This document shows positions 17,547 to 26,623 of a stretch of DNA of 64,000 bases, piece by piece. Source of the stretch: a virus; IMG/VR virus record IMGVR_UViG_3300027541_000218, positions 9,824 to 73,823 of that record; one strand, given 5' to 3'. A model generated the notes under the pieces. That model saw nothing but the letters and a program-made list of their open reading frames with translations, did no database searches and had not been told where the DNA came from. The number at the start of each line of letters is the position of its first letter. The stretch's first letter is position 1. Position numbers and translations under genes: made by a program.

Positions 17547-17806
17547 TAGTTAGCACTTCCTATCAGTCTATTTTCTATCAATCGTTCACGCTCATCTATA
17601 ATTTCAAGCATAAAAGCCATCATCTTGGTATAAGAGTTTGGATCATTCATAATTTTTTCATAATGATGACCACAAAAAAGAAGATCACCAGTAGAACCTT
17701 TGACTTGAACATATGCCTGTGCCCCACATCTATCACAGCGATCTATAGCCTTTAAAATATATTCTTTTGGCTTTACACTTGGATGATCTTCTACTATGTT
17801 TGTCAT
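17546..17806 (-). CDS. Small zinc-binding protein
   Basis: DRCDRCGAQA...FCGHH; TATAAT lies 6 nt upstream of ATG 17806. Confidence 0.7.
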   Translation of the reverse strand: MTNIVEDHPSVKPKEYILKAIDRCDRCGAQAYVQVKGSTGDLLFCGHHYEKIMNDPNSYTKMMAFMLEIIDERERLIENRLIGSAN

Positions 17807-17821
17807 AATTTGATTATACAT

Positions 17822-17995
17822 CTACTTTCTATTATCTGTTGAATAAAACCCTGAACCATTAAATAAAACGCCAGGAGATGACCACTGTCTTTGCATTGTA
17901 TTTCCACAGCAAACTGGTTCTCTATCTTCACCAAAACCACGCTGAAATTCAATGCTAGAAGAACACTGCAAACACTTATAATCGTATACTGGCAT
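17822..17995 (-). CDS. FmdB-family zinc-ribbon protein (not in ORF track)
   Basis: MPVYDYKCLQC...CCG...FNGSGFYSTD; leaderless (TATACT-N6-ATG). Confidence 0.85.
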   Translation of the reverse strand: MPVYDYKCLQCSSSIEFQRGFGEDREPVCCGNTMQRQWSSPGVLFNGSGFYSTDNRK

Positions 17996-18009
17996 AACTT
18001 AAGTATACC

Positions 18010-18285
18010 TTATGCTGTCTTAGTTGTCAATCTAGCATATGTACGTATTCTATGACAATTGGCACATACAACTTCACACTTTTGTACTTCTTTCATGATT
18101 GCCTTCCACGAAAAACCGTCATGAATCATTCTAGAAACATTATATTTTTTATCTCTAACATGATCAAAATCAAGAACTATATGATTATTTTCTCCGCAGT
18201 CAACACATCCGCTGGCTTGCTTTATCTCTACCAGCCTTTTTTTGTATTGCTGTTTTTGTCTATGTACTAATTCTTTTTCAGTCAT
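18010..18285 (-). CDS. HNH endonuclease
   Basis: CVDCG, LDFDH, VCANCHRIR. Confidence 0.85.
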   Translation of the reverse strand: MTEKELVHRQKQQYKKRLVEIKQASGCVDCGENNHIVLDFDHVRDKKYNVSRMIHDGFSWKAIMKEVQKCEVVCANCHRIRTYARLTTKTA

Positions 18286-18312
18286 AGCACTTAATATTAT
18301 ATCAAAATATAC

Positions 18313-18395
18313 AAGCCCCACACAGGGAAATCCAGGCACAATAGCCACGGAATATAAAGTAGGTAACTAATCCACCCTAAGTCCTGTGTGGGGTT
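18313..18395 (-). ncRNA. Candidate ~83-nt three-way-junction small RNA
   Basis: Closing stem CCCCACACAGG/CCTGTGTGGGG, two internal hairpins, TACAAT just upstream. Confidence 0.5.
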
Positions 18396-18408
18396 CTACT
18401 ATTGTATA

Positions 18409-18840
18409 TTACTTTTTAGCAACTTTGATTGCAATTTCCTTTGGCTTTTTTTCTTCTGGAACAATGCGATCAATGTCAATATGAAGCATTCCATCTTTCA
18501 TCTCTGCCCCAGTTACTTCCATATATTCACCAAGAGCAAATGTGCGGGTAAACTTTCGTGTTGCAATACCCTTATGAATTGCTTCGCCTTCAGTTTCTGT
18601 AGTAATTTCACCCTTTACAATAAGAGTTCCATCTTCAACAGTTACCTTTACATCATCTTTTGTAAAGCCAGCAACTGCTACAGACAACTTATAGGTATCT
18701 TCATCAACCTTAATTAAATCATAAGGTGGATAAGATTGACGTGTTGCTACGTTATGTACTGTATTAAAACGGTCCAACTCACGGTTGAAACCAATAAAAA
18801 ATGGATCCTTAAAAAGATCCAATGTAAATGAACTTACCAT
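18409..18840 (-). CDS. Small heat-shock protein (Hsp20/IbpA-like)
   Basis: YPPYDL, AVAGF, HKGIATRKFTRTF, DGMLHI; AAGGAG SD before MVSSF. Confidence 0.93.
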   Translation of the reverse strand: MVSSFTLDLFKDPFFIGFNRELDRFNTVHNVATRQSYPPYDLIKVDEDTYKLSVAVAGFTKDDVKVTVEDGTLIVKGEITTETEGEAIHKGIATRKFTRTFALGEYMEVTGAEMKDGMLHIDIDRIVPEEKKPKEIAIKVAKK

Positions 18841-18864
18841 TTTGTTCTCCTTTTCAGCGAGTAA

Positions 18865-18895
18865 GTAGTGCACCCCCATTTGGCAGGTGCACTAC
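18865..18895. promoter_or_regulatory. 10-bp inverted repeat overlapping the predicted hsp20 transcription start
   Basis: GTAGTGCACC-N11-GGTGCACTAC, adjacent to TGGTATAAT. Confidence 0.55.
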
Positions 18896-18906
18896 CTATT
18901 ATACCA

Positions 18907-19725
18907 CTACCCTACATTTACTGCAAGTTGAGAAGAATTATTTTTAAGAAAATCATATGTTGGCTGATATGCTCCCTGATATGATTTAGCCCAAAATGCT
19001 GCTAGTGCTGCCGTAGCACCAGAAGTTCCAATAATACGTCTTCCAACTACATCATGGGTGCCAAGAGCATAAAAATCTAATTCTGCACCAGTATTACTAT
19101 AGTTTTCAATGTTTCCACGCTCTCCAATTGCTCCAACTGCTACAGCCTCCGAGATACAGGCTGGGTAGTCTACACGAGTTTTATCATAACGATTTCCAGC
19201 AGCAAATAAAGATGCTACTCCCATTGACTGCAATGTAACAATTGTATTACGAAGATTTTGATTTACAGGACAATAGTGCCCCTTCTTTGTAAATCTATTT
19301 GATCCAAATGAAATAGATGTTGCAACAATATTAAACTTAGTTTTATTTGCAATAACCCACTTCATTGCTTCATTAATAGTATTGTCTGTATAAATACCAA
19401 GAGTTCCACTATTTGTTGCTGGAACAATACGAATAAAAATAATATCCATATTTGGATTTACCTTTTGTGCAATAGCAGACATATGTGTACCATGCTCAAA
19501 TCCATTGATTGGATTGATCATTGTTGCAGATCCAGGACCTTCCTGAAAAGTCTGCTTATTTGGGCAACGCTTTTCTTCCATAATACATACTTCATATGCA
19601 ACATTTACTTTGGTTGTATCTACTGCTGTATCTAGAATTGCAATTGCTGGTTTTTGGTTTGCACTTACCGCTGGCAAAAACGCAGCAGTAAATAGAATTA
19701 CTAGTAGCCCCACTACCTTTTTCAT
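18907..19725 (-). CDS. Secreted subtilisin-like (S8) protease
   Basis: Signal peptide; AILDT, HGTHM, AAGN, GTSGA. Confidence 0.88.
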   Translation of the reverse strand: MKKVVGLLVILFTAAFLPAVSANQKPAIAILDTAVDTTKVNVAYEVCIMEEKRCPNKQTFQEGPGSATMINPINGFEHGTHMSAIAQKVNPNMDIIFIRIVPATNSGTLGIYTDNTINEAMKWVIANKTKFNIVATSISFGSNRFTKKGHYCPVNQNLRNTIVTLQSMGVASLFAAGNRYDKTRVDYPACISEAVAVGAIGERGNIENYSNTGAELDFYALGTHDVVGRRIIGTSGATAALAAFWAKSYQGAYQPTYDFLKNNSSQLAVNVG

Positions 19726-19740
19726 TTTTCTCCTTTTATA

Positions 19741-19944
19741 TTAGATGAATATTCTAATAACGTGTTCGCATGGGTCGCCTCCTGCTTCCCATTCTTCTAT
19801 CTCTTCTTCACTCATATACTGATATCCACCGTCATGTGTATGACAGTATGGCTCACTAATCCAACCTTTTTCAATGCCGTTAGATAGCCAAATACCAAAC
19901 TCCTGTTCTTCAGGAGAAAGATTTTCTTCACTAATATGATTCAT
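19741..19944 (-). CDS. Hypothetical acidic protein
   Basis: CHTHDG...DPC; leaderless (TATACT-N6-ATG). Confidence 0.65.
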   Translation of the reverse strand: MNHISEENLSPEEQEFGIWLSNGIEKGWISEPYCHTHDGGYQYMSEEEIEEWEAGGDPCEHVIRIFI

Positions 19945-19959
19945 ATATAAAGTATATCC

Positions 19960-20481
19960 CTACTTGCTAAGAAAGTCAATTGGATATAAACAATGTGGAC
20001 TATATAAAATAGCAGCATCTAATGCTTGAGTCAGCCTACGCTTTGGATCTTTATAGTTTTGGGTGGCATGTAAAGAACCCATTGCGTAGGCTGAACCTGA
20101 ACCTATGGCAGCAAAATTTGTGTCATAGGATATCATGGTTAAATTGGCAGATTCATGTTCATACATTCTGCCTTTAACACATATAAGTAATGTTAAATCA
20201 GACTCTTTTTCAGCAGGCATACCCCACTTATCATAAAATAACTTAATTGATTCAAGAAATTTACCACGCATAAATTTATCTATATTACCTTCAACTTTAG
20301 GTGGTATAAAATTATTTTGAATTATTTGACCTTCTAAGGTGCCACAATAGCCAAATAAATAATCTCCAGACTTCCATATTTTAGGAATGTCTGATTTCAT
20401 TTGTTGTGATTCATCTACAACGGCTCTTTCTCCAGCCATATAAGACTTTCCATCTTTAATTATTGCAGCAATACAAGTCAT
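19960..20481 (-). CDS. HslV/proteasome-beta-like Ntn hydrolase
   Basis: N-terminal MTCIAA; AIGSGS.YAMG. Confidence 0.8.
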   Translation of the reverse strand: MTCIAAIIKDGKSYMAGERAVVDESQQMKSDIPKIWKSGDYLFGYCGTLEGQIIQNNFIPPKVEGNIDKFMRGKFLESIKLFYDKWGMPAEKESDLTLLICVKGRMYEHESANLTMISYDTNFAAIGSGSAYAMGSLHATQNYKDPKRRLTQALDAAILYSPHCLYPIDFLSK

Positions 20482-20544
20482 GCCAACCCCTTAGTTTTCT
20501 TGTCTTTCTAGTATAGCAGACAGATTTTTATACGTCAAATACCG

Positions 20545-21126
20545 TTATTTTACAGTTTGTCCGCAGGTTGGGCAGGTTTTTGTATTTTTAGCAGTACTAT
20601 CAGTCTTTACCTTAGCCTTAGTGTCACCTTTAAATTTTGGACGACCAAAACCTACGATAGAAATCATTTCGCCTTGTTTATTTTTTCTAAATGCACGAAG
20701 TTTTTTTGAAACCTGTCCACCATTACGCTGGCTACCCTTTTTATCTGGGCTAGTATTTCCTTCAATGCACCAAACAGTTCCGTCTTCATTATCTTTAATA
20801 ACAATTCCAACGTGAGAAATTCTATCGACACCATCTGAGGGGAAATCGAAATAGGCAATATCTCCTGGTTCTGGATCTGCTAAATCTCCATCGATCCATG
20901 CTCCAGCCTTCTTAAATGCTTGTGCTCCACCTGGAGTATAAACAGTATTAGGAACTTTTACACCCGCTTCATTTGCACACCACATAACAAACGAACCACA
21001 CCATGGTTGAAAGTTTGCTTTAGTAAAAGCACCGTACTTTGTTTCGTTATCTTTTGGACCCTCAATGGTTCCTAGTTCTGCTGTAGCAACCTCAATTAAA
21101 CGTGCTGCCGTACCTTGCTCTGCCAT
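20545..21126 (-). CDS. CHAP-domain cell-wall hydrolase (endolysin candidate)
   Basis: PWCGSFV, SHVGIV, IEGNT. Confidence 0.9.
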   Translation of the reverse strand: MAEQGTAARLIEVATAELGTIEGPKDNETKYGAFTKANFQPWCGSFVMWCANEAGVKVPNTVYTPGGAQAFKKAGAWIDGDLADPEPGDIAYFDFPSDGVDRISHVGIVIKDNEDGTVWCIEGNTSPDKKGSQRNGGQVSKKLRAFRKNKQGEMISIVGFGRPKFKGDTKAKVKTDSTAKNTKTCPTCGQTVK

Positions 21127-21128
21127 AA

Positions 21129-21539
21129 TTAATCCTTATCCCAATCTGTATCTACTGGTTGTGGCTCTGGCATCTGACCATCTGGTTTTGCTGCAAGCCT
21201 TGCCATAGTAGCATCAATTTCTGCTTCAAGTTTTTTATCTGCTTGAGTGTTCTTTGCATCCATCTCTTTATTATCAAGTTGTGCCTTCATAATATCTTTA
21301 GCACCAGATTGACCAATCAATAGACCAGCAAGTGTTCCTGTAATAAATGTTGCAACTGATCCAAGCACGTTGAAGAACATTTTGTCATTCTCTGACTGTG
21401 CTCCAATTGGTTGAGTTACAAACAGTAGTCCATAAAGAATTCCTACTGCTGTTAAAAATAAAATTGATCCAAGTGTAATGCCTAGAATAAATTTTAATCT
21501 AGCATCTAGTTCTTGTGGAGTTAATCGTTCTTTGCTCAT
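21129..21539 (-). CDS. Two-TM membrane protein (holin-like)
   Basis: Two hydrophobic helices; adjacent to the CHAP gene. Confidence 0.55.
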   Translation of the reverse strand: MSKERLTPQELDARLKFILGITLGSILFLTAVGILYGLLFVTQPIGAQSENDKMFFNVLGSVATFITGTLAGLLIGQSGAKDIMKAQLDNKEMDAKNTQADKKLEAEIDATMARLAAKPDGQMPEPQPVDTDWDKD

Positions 21540-21542
21540 TCT

Positions 21543-21746
21543 CTACCCTTTACTTTTTTGATATTCTTCCCATGTTGTTTTGCTAACTAGGTCTTTTGAG
21601 CATGTTCCACTTGTTTCACAAACAGGTGGATTACATTCTGCTTTATCCCAATTGGCTGAATCTTGACAAGGATAACGATAGTGACCATCATAGCCACATC
21701 CTGTTAACAATAGCCCTAGGAGGGCTACTCCAATTATCCTGATCAT
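21543..21746 (-). CDS. Small Cys-rich lipoprotein
   Basis: Lipobox LTGC plus four further Cys. Confidence 0.7.
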   Translation of the reverse strand: MIRIIGVALLGLLLTGCGYDGHYRYPCQDSANWDKAECNPPVCETSGTCSKDLVSKTTWEEYQKSKG

Positions 21747-21763
21747 ACCCACCATTATATCAG

Positions 21764-21973
21764 TTATTCCTTTTCTTCACGAAGGGGAATTGTAACCAGC
21801 CATAGCACTATAGATACTAGTGTGGCTAATCCCACGATTTGTTGAGCAGTACCTGTAAGGGTAAGCCAAGCAATAAAAAAGCCCAAAATGGTAAATACCT
21901 GAGCAATACTTTCAATAATTGCAGCCTTAAACCATTTAAGTAGACCTTTAACTATCTTACCTATCATGTTCAT
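21764..21973 (-). CDS. Two-TM membrane protein
   Basis: Hydrophobic segments. Confidence 0.65.
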   Translation of the reverse strand: MNMIGKIVKGLLKWFKAAIIESIAQVFTILGFFIAWLTLTGTAQQIVGLATLVSIVLWLVTIPLREEKE

Positions 21974-21974
21974 A

Positions 21975-23588
21975 TTATAACCTCCTTATTGACATAACAG
22001 AACTAACTATATTTCCTACTAAAATAACAGGGACTACCACCTCTTGAACCTTTTCTCTTTGGTCATCTGTCATATCTTTACCCCATTCAGATGGGCTAAA
22101 TACCTTATCAAAATCTATATTTGTTAATGTTCCTAACGGATCAGATAAAAATTGATCAGCCTGTGCTTCTGTAATAGCATCTGCTACAGTGTATGGCATT
22201 GGAGCATCTGCATTTTGTTCTGCCTTGTCAGCAAATGTTGCAATAGCAATAGCAACTGCTGGGTTATCTTTTGCTGATTTTGCAAGAATTTCTACTTCAT
22301 TTGACTTTACACCAAGATTTTTTGCAACCTCAGCCTTTGCTTCTTCTGTTAATGCCAACAATGTATTTCCAATTGCAGCCATTTGATCCGCTGTTAGTTT
22401 AACTATCTTGTTATCTTTGCTTGTAAGATTAGCAATAACTCTGCTTAAATCTTCAGTGGTACCCTCGCCTTGTTCTGGAACAAGATTTATGATAGTATCT
22501 TCTTGTGATGGTTCTTCAGAAGGTTCGTCAAGAGTTGGCTCTGGTTCAGGAGTTGAATTTAGATCTGTATCCGTTGGCTGAGGTAAAGGCTCTTGTGAAG
22601 GCTCTGGAGTTGGATCAGTCTCTTCATCTACCCCATCTGTTATATCAGGGCTTGGAGAAGGATTGGGATTTTCTGGTTCAGTTTGTTCTATATCATCAGG
22701 GAATCTTGGATCCTCTGGAGTAATTATTTCTGGCTCAATCTCTATATCTGGTTCTTGTGTTGGTTCTGGAGTTGGTTCTGGTGTTGGAATTATAACCTCT
22801 GGAGTTGGATCTGGCTCAGGCACTACAGTTGACTGAGCAGCAGCAATAGCATTTGCAATTAATGATGCAGTTACTCTAGCCTCTTCTTGAAATGCTATTT
22901 CTTCTTGAGTTGGTCCAGTTGGTGTTGGGCTAGGCTCTGGAATAGGTTCTGCAGACAAAGTTGGGATTGGTTCTCCTGCTTGTATTTGTGTAGCACCCCA
23001 CTCTTCAAGAGAAACTATTTGACCACTATGAAGCCTTACTCCTGTTCTTAAGTTAGGATATTCTGGACCTTGATAACTATAGGCTACAGAAATACCACCA
23101 GTATTTGTAATAGCAACAATAATATTAATATTACTTGGAGTAGGGGCAGACCATTGTCCAAATGGAATTACTTCTAGATCTAATTGAAATCCGCCTTCAG
23201 AATAAGATATGTTAAGAGTGTCTGGTGCGTTATACCATCCTGAAACCCAATCCATAGAATAAAGAGATATAGATGGGGTATTTGGATACTGCCAATACGT
23301 ATTGTCTGGTTGTCCAAATGTAATTACAGAATTAGTTGTTGCATAAATATTTGAGTATTGAACTCCATCAAACGTAATTGTTGTTGCTATAGGTATTTGA
23401 TAAGAGGTATCATCTCCACCGCAAGTATCCATTGTGTGTACAGTCGGAACTTCATCACCATTATACGCTGCTGCAATAGTTTGTGATTCAATATAATTTA
23501 CACAGGTTGCATATGCGTTTTCTGGAAATGTTAGCAAACCACTTAAAGCAATCCCTGCCACTGCAATTATGCGTAGGAATTTATTTAT
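21975..23588 (-). CDS. Secreted/surface protein with beta domain, Pro/Glu/Thr-rich linker and C-terminal hydrophobic segment
   Basis: Signal peptide ending AYA; PEPTP repeats; probable ATA start at 23588. Confidence 0.7.
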   Translation of the reverse strand: MNKFLRIIAVAGIALSGLLTFPENAYATCVNYIESQTIAAAYNGDEVPTVHTMDTCGGDDTSYQIPIATTITFDGVQYSNIYATTNSVITFGQPDNTYWQYPNTPSISLYSMDWVSGWYNAPDTLNISYSEGGFQLDLEVIPFGQWSAPTPSNINIIVAITNTGGISVAYSYQGPEYPNLRTGVRLHSGQIVSLEEWGATQIQAGEPIPTLSAEPIPEPSPTPTGPTQEEIAFQEEARVTASLIANAIAAAQSTVVPEPDPTPEVIIPTPEPTPEPTQEPDIEIEPEIITPEDPRFPDDIEQTEPENPNPSPSPDITDGVDEETDPTPEPSQEPLPQPTDTDLNSTPEPEPTLDEPSEEPSQEDTIINLVPEQGEGTTEDLSRVIANLTSKDNKIVKLTADQMAAIGNTLLALTEEAKAEVAKNLGVKSNEVEILAKSAKDNPAVAIAIATFADKAEQNADAPMPYTVADAITEAQADQFLSDPLGTLTNIDFDKVFSPSEWGKDMTDDQREKVQEVVVPVILVGNIVSSVMSIRRL

Positions 23589-23635
23589 GGGGGCACTCCT
23601 ATTTAATTGTTTAATTATACATATTATATCATGAT

Positions 23636-23670
23636 AAAAGAAAAGAGCGCAGATTTCTCTGCGCCCTAAT
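23636..23670 (-). terminator. Intrinsic terminator
   Basis: GCGCAGA/TCTGCGC stem followed by a U-rich tract on the - strand. Confidence 0.75.
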
Positions 23671-23686
23671 CTTTTTTAATTGTTAA

Positions 23687-24817
23687 TTACTTAACAAGTG
23701 CAACTTTTGCTTTTGGATTAGCCTTATTCCACTTAACAATAAGTGCATTGAATGACTTCTTTAGTGCAGCAAGAGCCTTAGCGTTTTCTGCCTTAACTGC
23801 ATCTAGTTCTGTCTTAGCAGCAGCCTGTGCATCAGCAAGAGCCTTGTCTGAAGCAACCTTAGCGGTTACGGCTTCAGCCTTTAACTTTGCAATTTCTGCG
23901 TTAGCCTTCAATAGTTCTGCATCAGAAAGAGCCTTTGCATCAGCAAGAGCCTTTGCAGAAGCAGCCTTTTCTGCAGTAAGTGCAGCATTAGCAGCATCAC
24001 GAGCAGCAGTCATTGATGCAAGTTCAGTTGCAAGATCACGATTTGCAACTACCTTTGATGCTGTTAGAACTGGAGTAGCAAAACCTGCAATTGCAGACTG
24101 TGCTGTAACAGAAGAACCAAGACCAAAAATAGCAACAGCATTGCCAGAGGCAGCCATTGTTACCTTAAAGTCAGCAGTTCCAAAGTTTGTTAGTCCAGAA
24201 CCAGTTGTTGCAGTTACTGTATCAAGTGTTCCATTAGAAACAGTTGCAGTAAGAGCAACGCCAGTTACTTTATTACCAAACACGTCAGTAGTTGTAACTG
24301 TATAAGTTTTTTGTGTTCCTGATGCAGCGGTATCATCACCAGCAACAGATACTGTATTTACGTTACCAGCAGTACCCTGAACATAATATGTTGTAGTTGT
24401 ACCCTGATTTGTAATTACAACAGTACCAACAGCAGTAGTCTTTGTAAAAACAAAGAATGTTGCAGTTGTGCCTGTACCAGTTGCAATGGTTGCAGAAGCA
24501 GAACCAGCAGATGCTGTTACTGGAGCAGCAGATGTTGCAGTAGCAAGAATGATTGAAGCATTAGTTGCTGAAACTGTAACTACTGTGCCAGTATCTACTG
24601 TAGCAACAAACTTAAGAGCGTCTGTTGCATCTACAGAGTTATCTGAAGGAACTGGAAGTGCTACGGCTGCTGTTGTTGACAAACCATTGTTTGTCGGAGC
24701 AGAACCATTAACCGTGATTGCCACTGTCATTGGGGCAGCACTTGCAGGTGTTGCGACAATTGTGCTCAGTGACAGGGCTGCAACCACGCCAAGAGCGATC
24801 TTCTTAAATGAATTCAT
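23687..24817 (-). CDS. Secreted Thr/Ala-rich Ig-like surface protein with C-terminal coiled coil
   Basis: Signal peptide MNSFKKIALG...ASA; TDVFGNKV Ig-type motif; KALADA repeats. Confidence 0.7.
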   Translation of the reverse strand: MNSFKKIALGVVAALSLSTIVATPASAAPMTVAITVNGSAPTNNGLSTTAAVALPVPSDNSVDATDALKFVATVDTGTVVTVSATNASIILATATSAAPVTASAGSASATIATGTGTTATFFVFTKTTAVGTVVITNQGTTTTYYVQGTAGNVNTVSVAGDDTAASGTQKTYTVTTTDVFGNKVTGVALTATVSNGTLDTVTATTGSGLTNFGTADFKVTMAASGNAVAIFGLGSSVTAQSAIAGFATPVLTASKVVANRDLATELASMTAARDAANAALTAEKAASAKALADAKALSDAELLKANAEIAKLKAEAVTAKVASDKALADAQAAAKTELDAVKAENAKALAALKKSFNALIVKWNKANPKAKVALVK

Positions 24818-24841
24818 TTTTCTCCTTATAATTCATCGTAT

Positions 24842-26623
24842 TTATATTAGTTTATATTGATTAAGGTAATCCTCAACCTCGTCGGGGATTTCCTTAGTAT
24901 CTAATTCTACCATAGCCCTTTGCTTCTCTGCAAGTCGGGTAGCAGAACTCCATGTATGAACCTCAATCTCAAGATTAGAGTCCCTACTGGTGTGAGATAT
25001 TGCTCCAAATACCGCCCCACAAACGGCATCTGCCAAGTCCTTAGATTTTTTTCTTGGGTGATCTACACGATTATTTTTCATAATCTTTAGTTCACTCATT
25101 TCCTCAAGAAGTAAAGGAATCATAGGCATTGCAATTCTTTCTTCATATATCATCATTGCTAGGTCTTCATAATGTTTTTTAGCAACAGAAACAGTATCAG
25201 TTCTCATTCCTACCGCTTTTAACTCCTGCTGAATATCAAATGATTGCCAACGGTCAAAAGAAACTGTACCAATATTAAATCCTTCTCTGCGTAAATTCAT
25301 AATCCATTTTTTAACTTCAGATAGGTCTACTGGACCTTCAACCTTTGGTTCCCACCATGCAACTGCGTCCACAACAACAATTGGGGCAACCTGTTCGTAA
25401 TCTTTAATTACCTGAATGTTCACCCAGCGTTCAACATGTGCAATTGCTACTGCACACTTATCGTGCTTTTGTGCAAGGTCAGCATGAATATAATAAGTTT
25501 TTTCTGGATCTGGCTTAAAAGCAGGATCAAACCTCCTGTGAGAATCCAGTGGATTTCTCAATGTCATACATTTTTCTAACTTCTCTTTTTGTTTGAAGAA
25601 AGCATCAGATGAATATGTTGGGGTACATAGGAAACGCATCATGGCATCTCCTAAATCTGTTAAAAATGCAATCTTAAAATCATCAATCTTTCTAGTAGGA
25701 TTTACTTCCCATGTAGGTCTTTTAAGGGCAAACATTCTAGGATATTTATAGGATAAAATATGATCTTCTTCCCATACTATTTCAAACTCATTGTCTGGTC
25801 CTTCTGGTAACTCTTCATTAATAACAAACTTATGTCGTCTTTCTATTACTTCTTTGTCCATGATTACATCGTCATACCGTTTTGAAATAAAGTCACCGTT
25901 ATAGCGGGGGAATGAAAGAAGAACTACCTTTCCTAAATCTGGAAAACGAGAATCTACTGTACCTCTAAATGCTTTGTATATATTGTCAGCAGTTTTACCT
26001 TGATCGTTTCCTGTTCCTACTTCTGTGGCAAAACCAGAAATTTCATCCAGTACCGCCATGAATAAATTAAGACCTTCATGTGATTCACGCTCAGAGTGAC
26101 CTGAGTAAACAGTAATAGACTTATCAAAACTAATAGAATTTACTTTTGGATCATATTTACCAGCAAACCATGGAGACTTTTCAATCTTGGTTTTAAAGCC
26201 TTTAAAGAAAACATTTTTAGCCTGCTCTGCGTTAATTGCTACGTTAATAATGTCTATGGCATCTCCACTGGGTTTACCGTAATATCTTGCTGGGTCCTTA
26301 AGGCATAATAACTTATACACAACGTAAGCACAAGCAACAGTACTAACAAAATCTTTTCCACTGCCTTTGCCAAGTTGGAGGATAATTTCATTTTTGGTAT
26401 ATTTAGCATAGTGTTTATCTCCTTGCTCTGTACCCATTAGCATTTGTAAATCTTCTTTGCGATATATCTGACTCATTGCCTCAACAATGTCATACTGGAT
26501 ATTAGACAATGGTGGTTGACCTAAATAATCTAGAGACTCAACAAATGTTTTTACATCTACAGGTGTTTGTTCAAACTGATTATCCTGTAATGCCTCTAAA
26601 AAATCATTGAACATTGTGGACAA
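24842..26623 (-). CDS. terL: Terminase large subunit
   Basis: Walker A GKGSGKD, Walker B AVLDE, nuclease motifs HADLA and KDLADA. Confidence 0.9.
   Translation of the reverse strand: MSTMFNDFLEALQDNQFEQTPVDVKTFVESLDYLGQPPLSNIQYDIVEAMSQIYRKEDLQMLMGTEQGDKHYAKYTKNEIILQLGKGSGKDFVSTVACAYVVYKLLCLKDPARYYGKPSGDAIDIINVAINAEQAKNVFFKGFKTKIEKSPWFAGKYDPKVNSISFDKSITVYSGHSERESHEGLNLFMAVLDEISGFATEVGTGNDQGKTADNIYKAFRGTVDSRFPDLGKVVLLSFPRYNGDFISKRYDDVIMDKEVIERRHKFVINEELPEGPDNEFEIVWEEDHILSYKYPRMFALKRPTWEVNPTRKIDDFKIAFLTDLGDAMMRFLCTPTYSSDAFFKQKEKLEKCMTLRNPLDSHRRFDPAFKPDPEKTYYIHADLAQKHDKCAVAIAHVERWVNIQVIKDYEQVAPIVVVDAVAWWEPKVEGPVDLSEVKKWIMNLRREGFNIGTVSFDRWQSFDIQQELKAVGMRTDTVSVAKKHYEDLAMMIYEERIAMPMIPLLLEEMSELKIMKNNRVDHPRKKSKDLADAVCGAVFGAISHTSRDSNLEIEVHTWSSATRLAEKQRAMVELDTKEIPDEVEDYLNQYKLI

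Noticed and set aside
18286-18348. ORF-track N-terminal extension of the HNH gene; similar cases at 1500, 15198, 17821 and 18879
   Set aside because: These overlap promoters, structured RNA or upstream genes; downstream starts have SD or promoter support.
22500-22960. Repetitive DNA (ggttctgg-type) as a possible array
   Set aside because: Explained by the Pro-Glu-Pro-Thr coding linker.
23748-24305. 185-aa + strand ORF; similar cases at 24468..24860, 49573..50154, 59439..59882 and 61253..61819
   Set aside because: Antisense shadows of well-supported - strand genes, mostly Ala-rich; no independent motifs.
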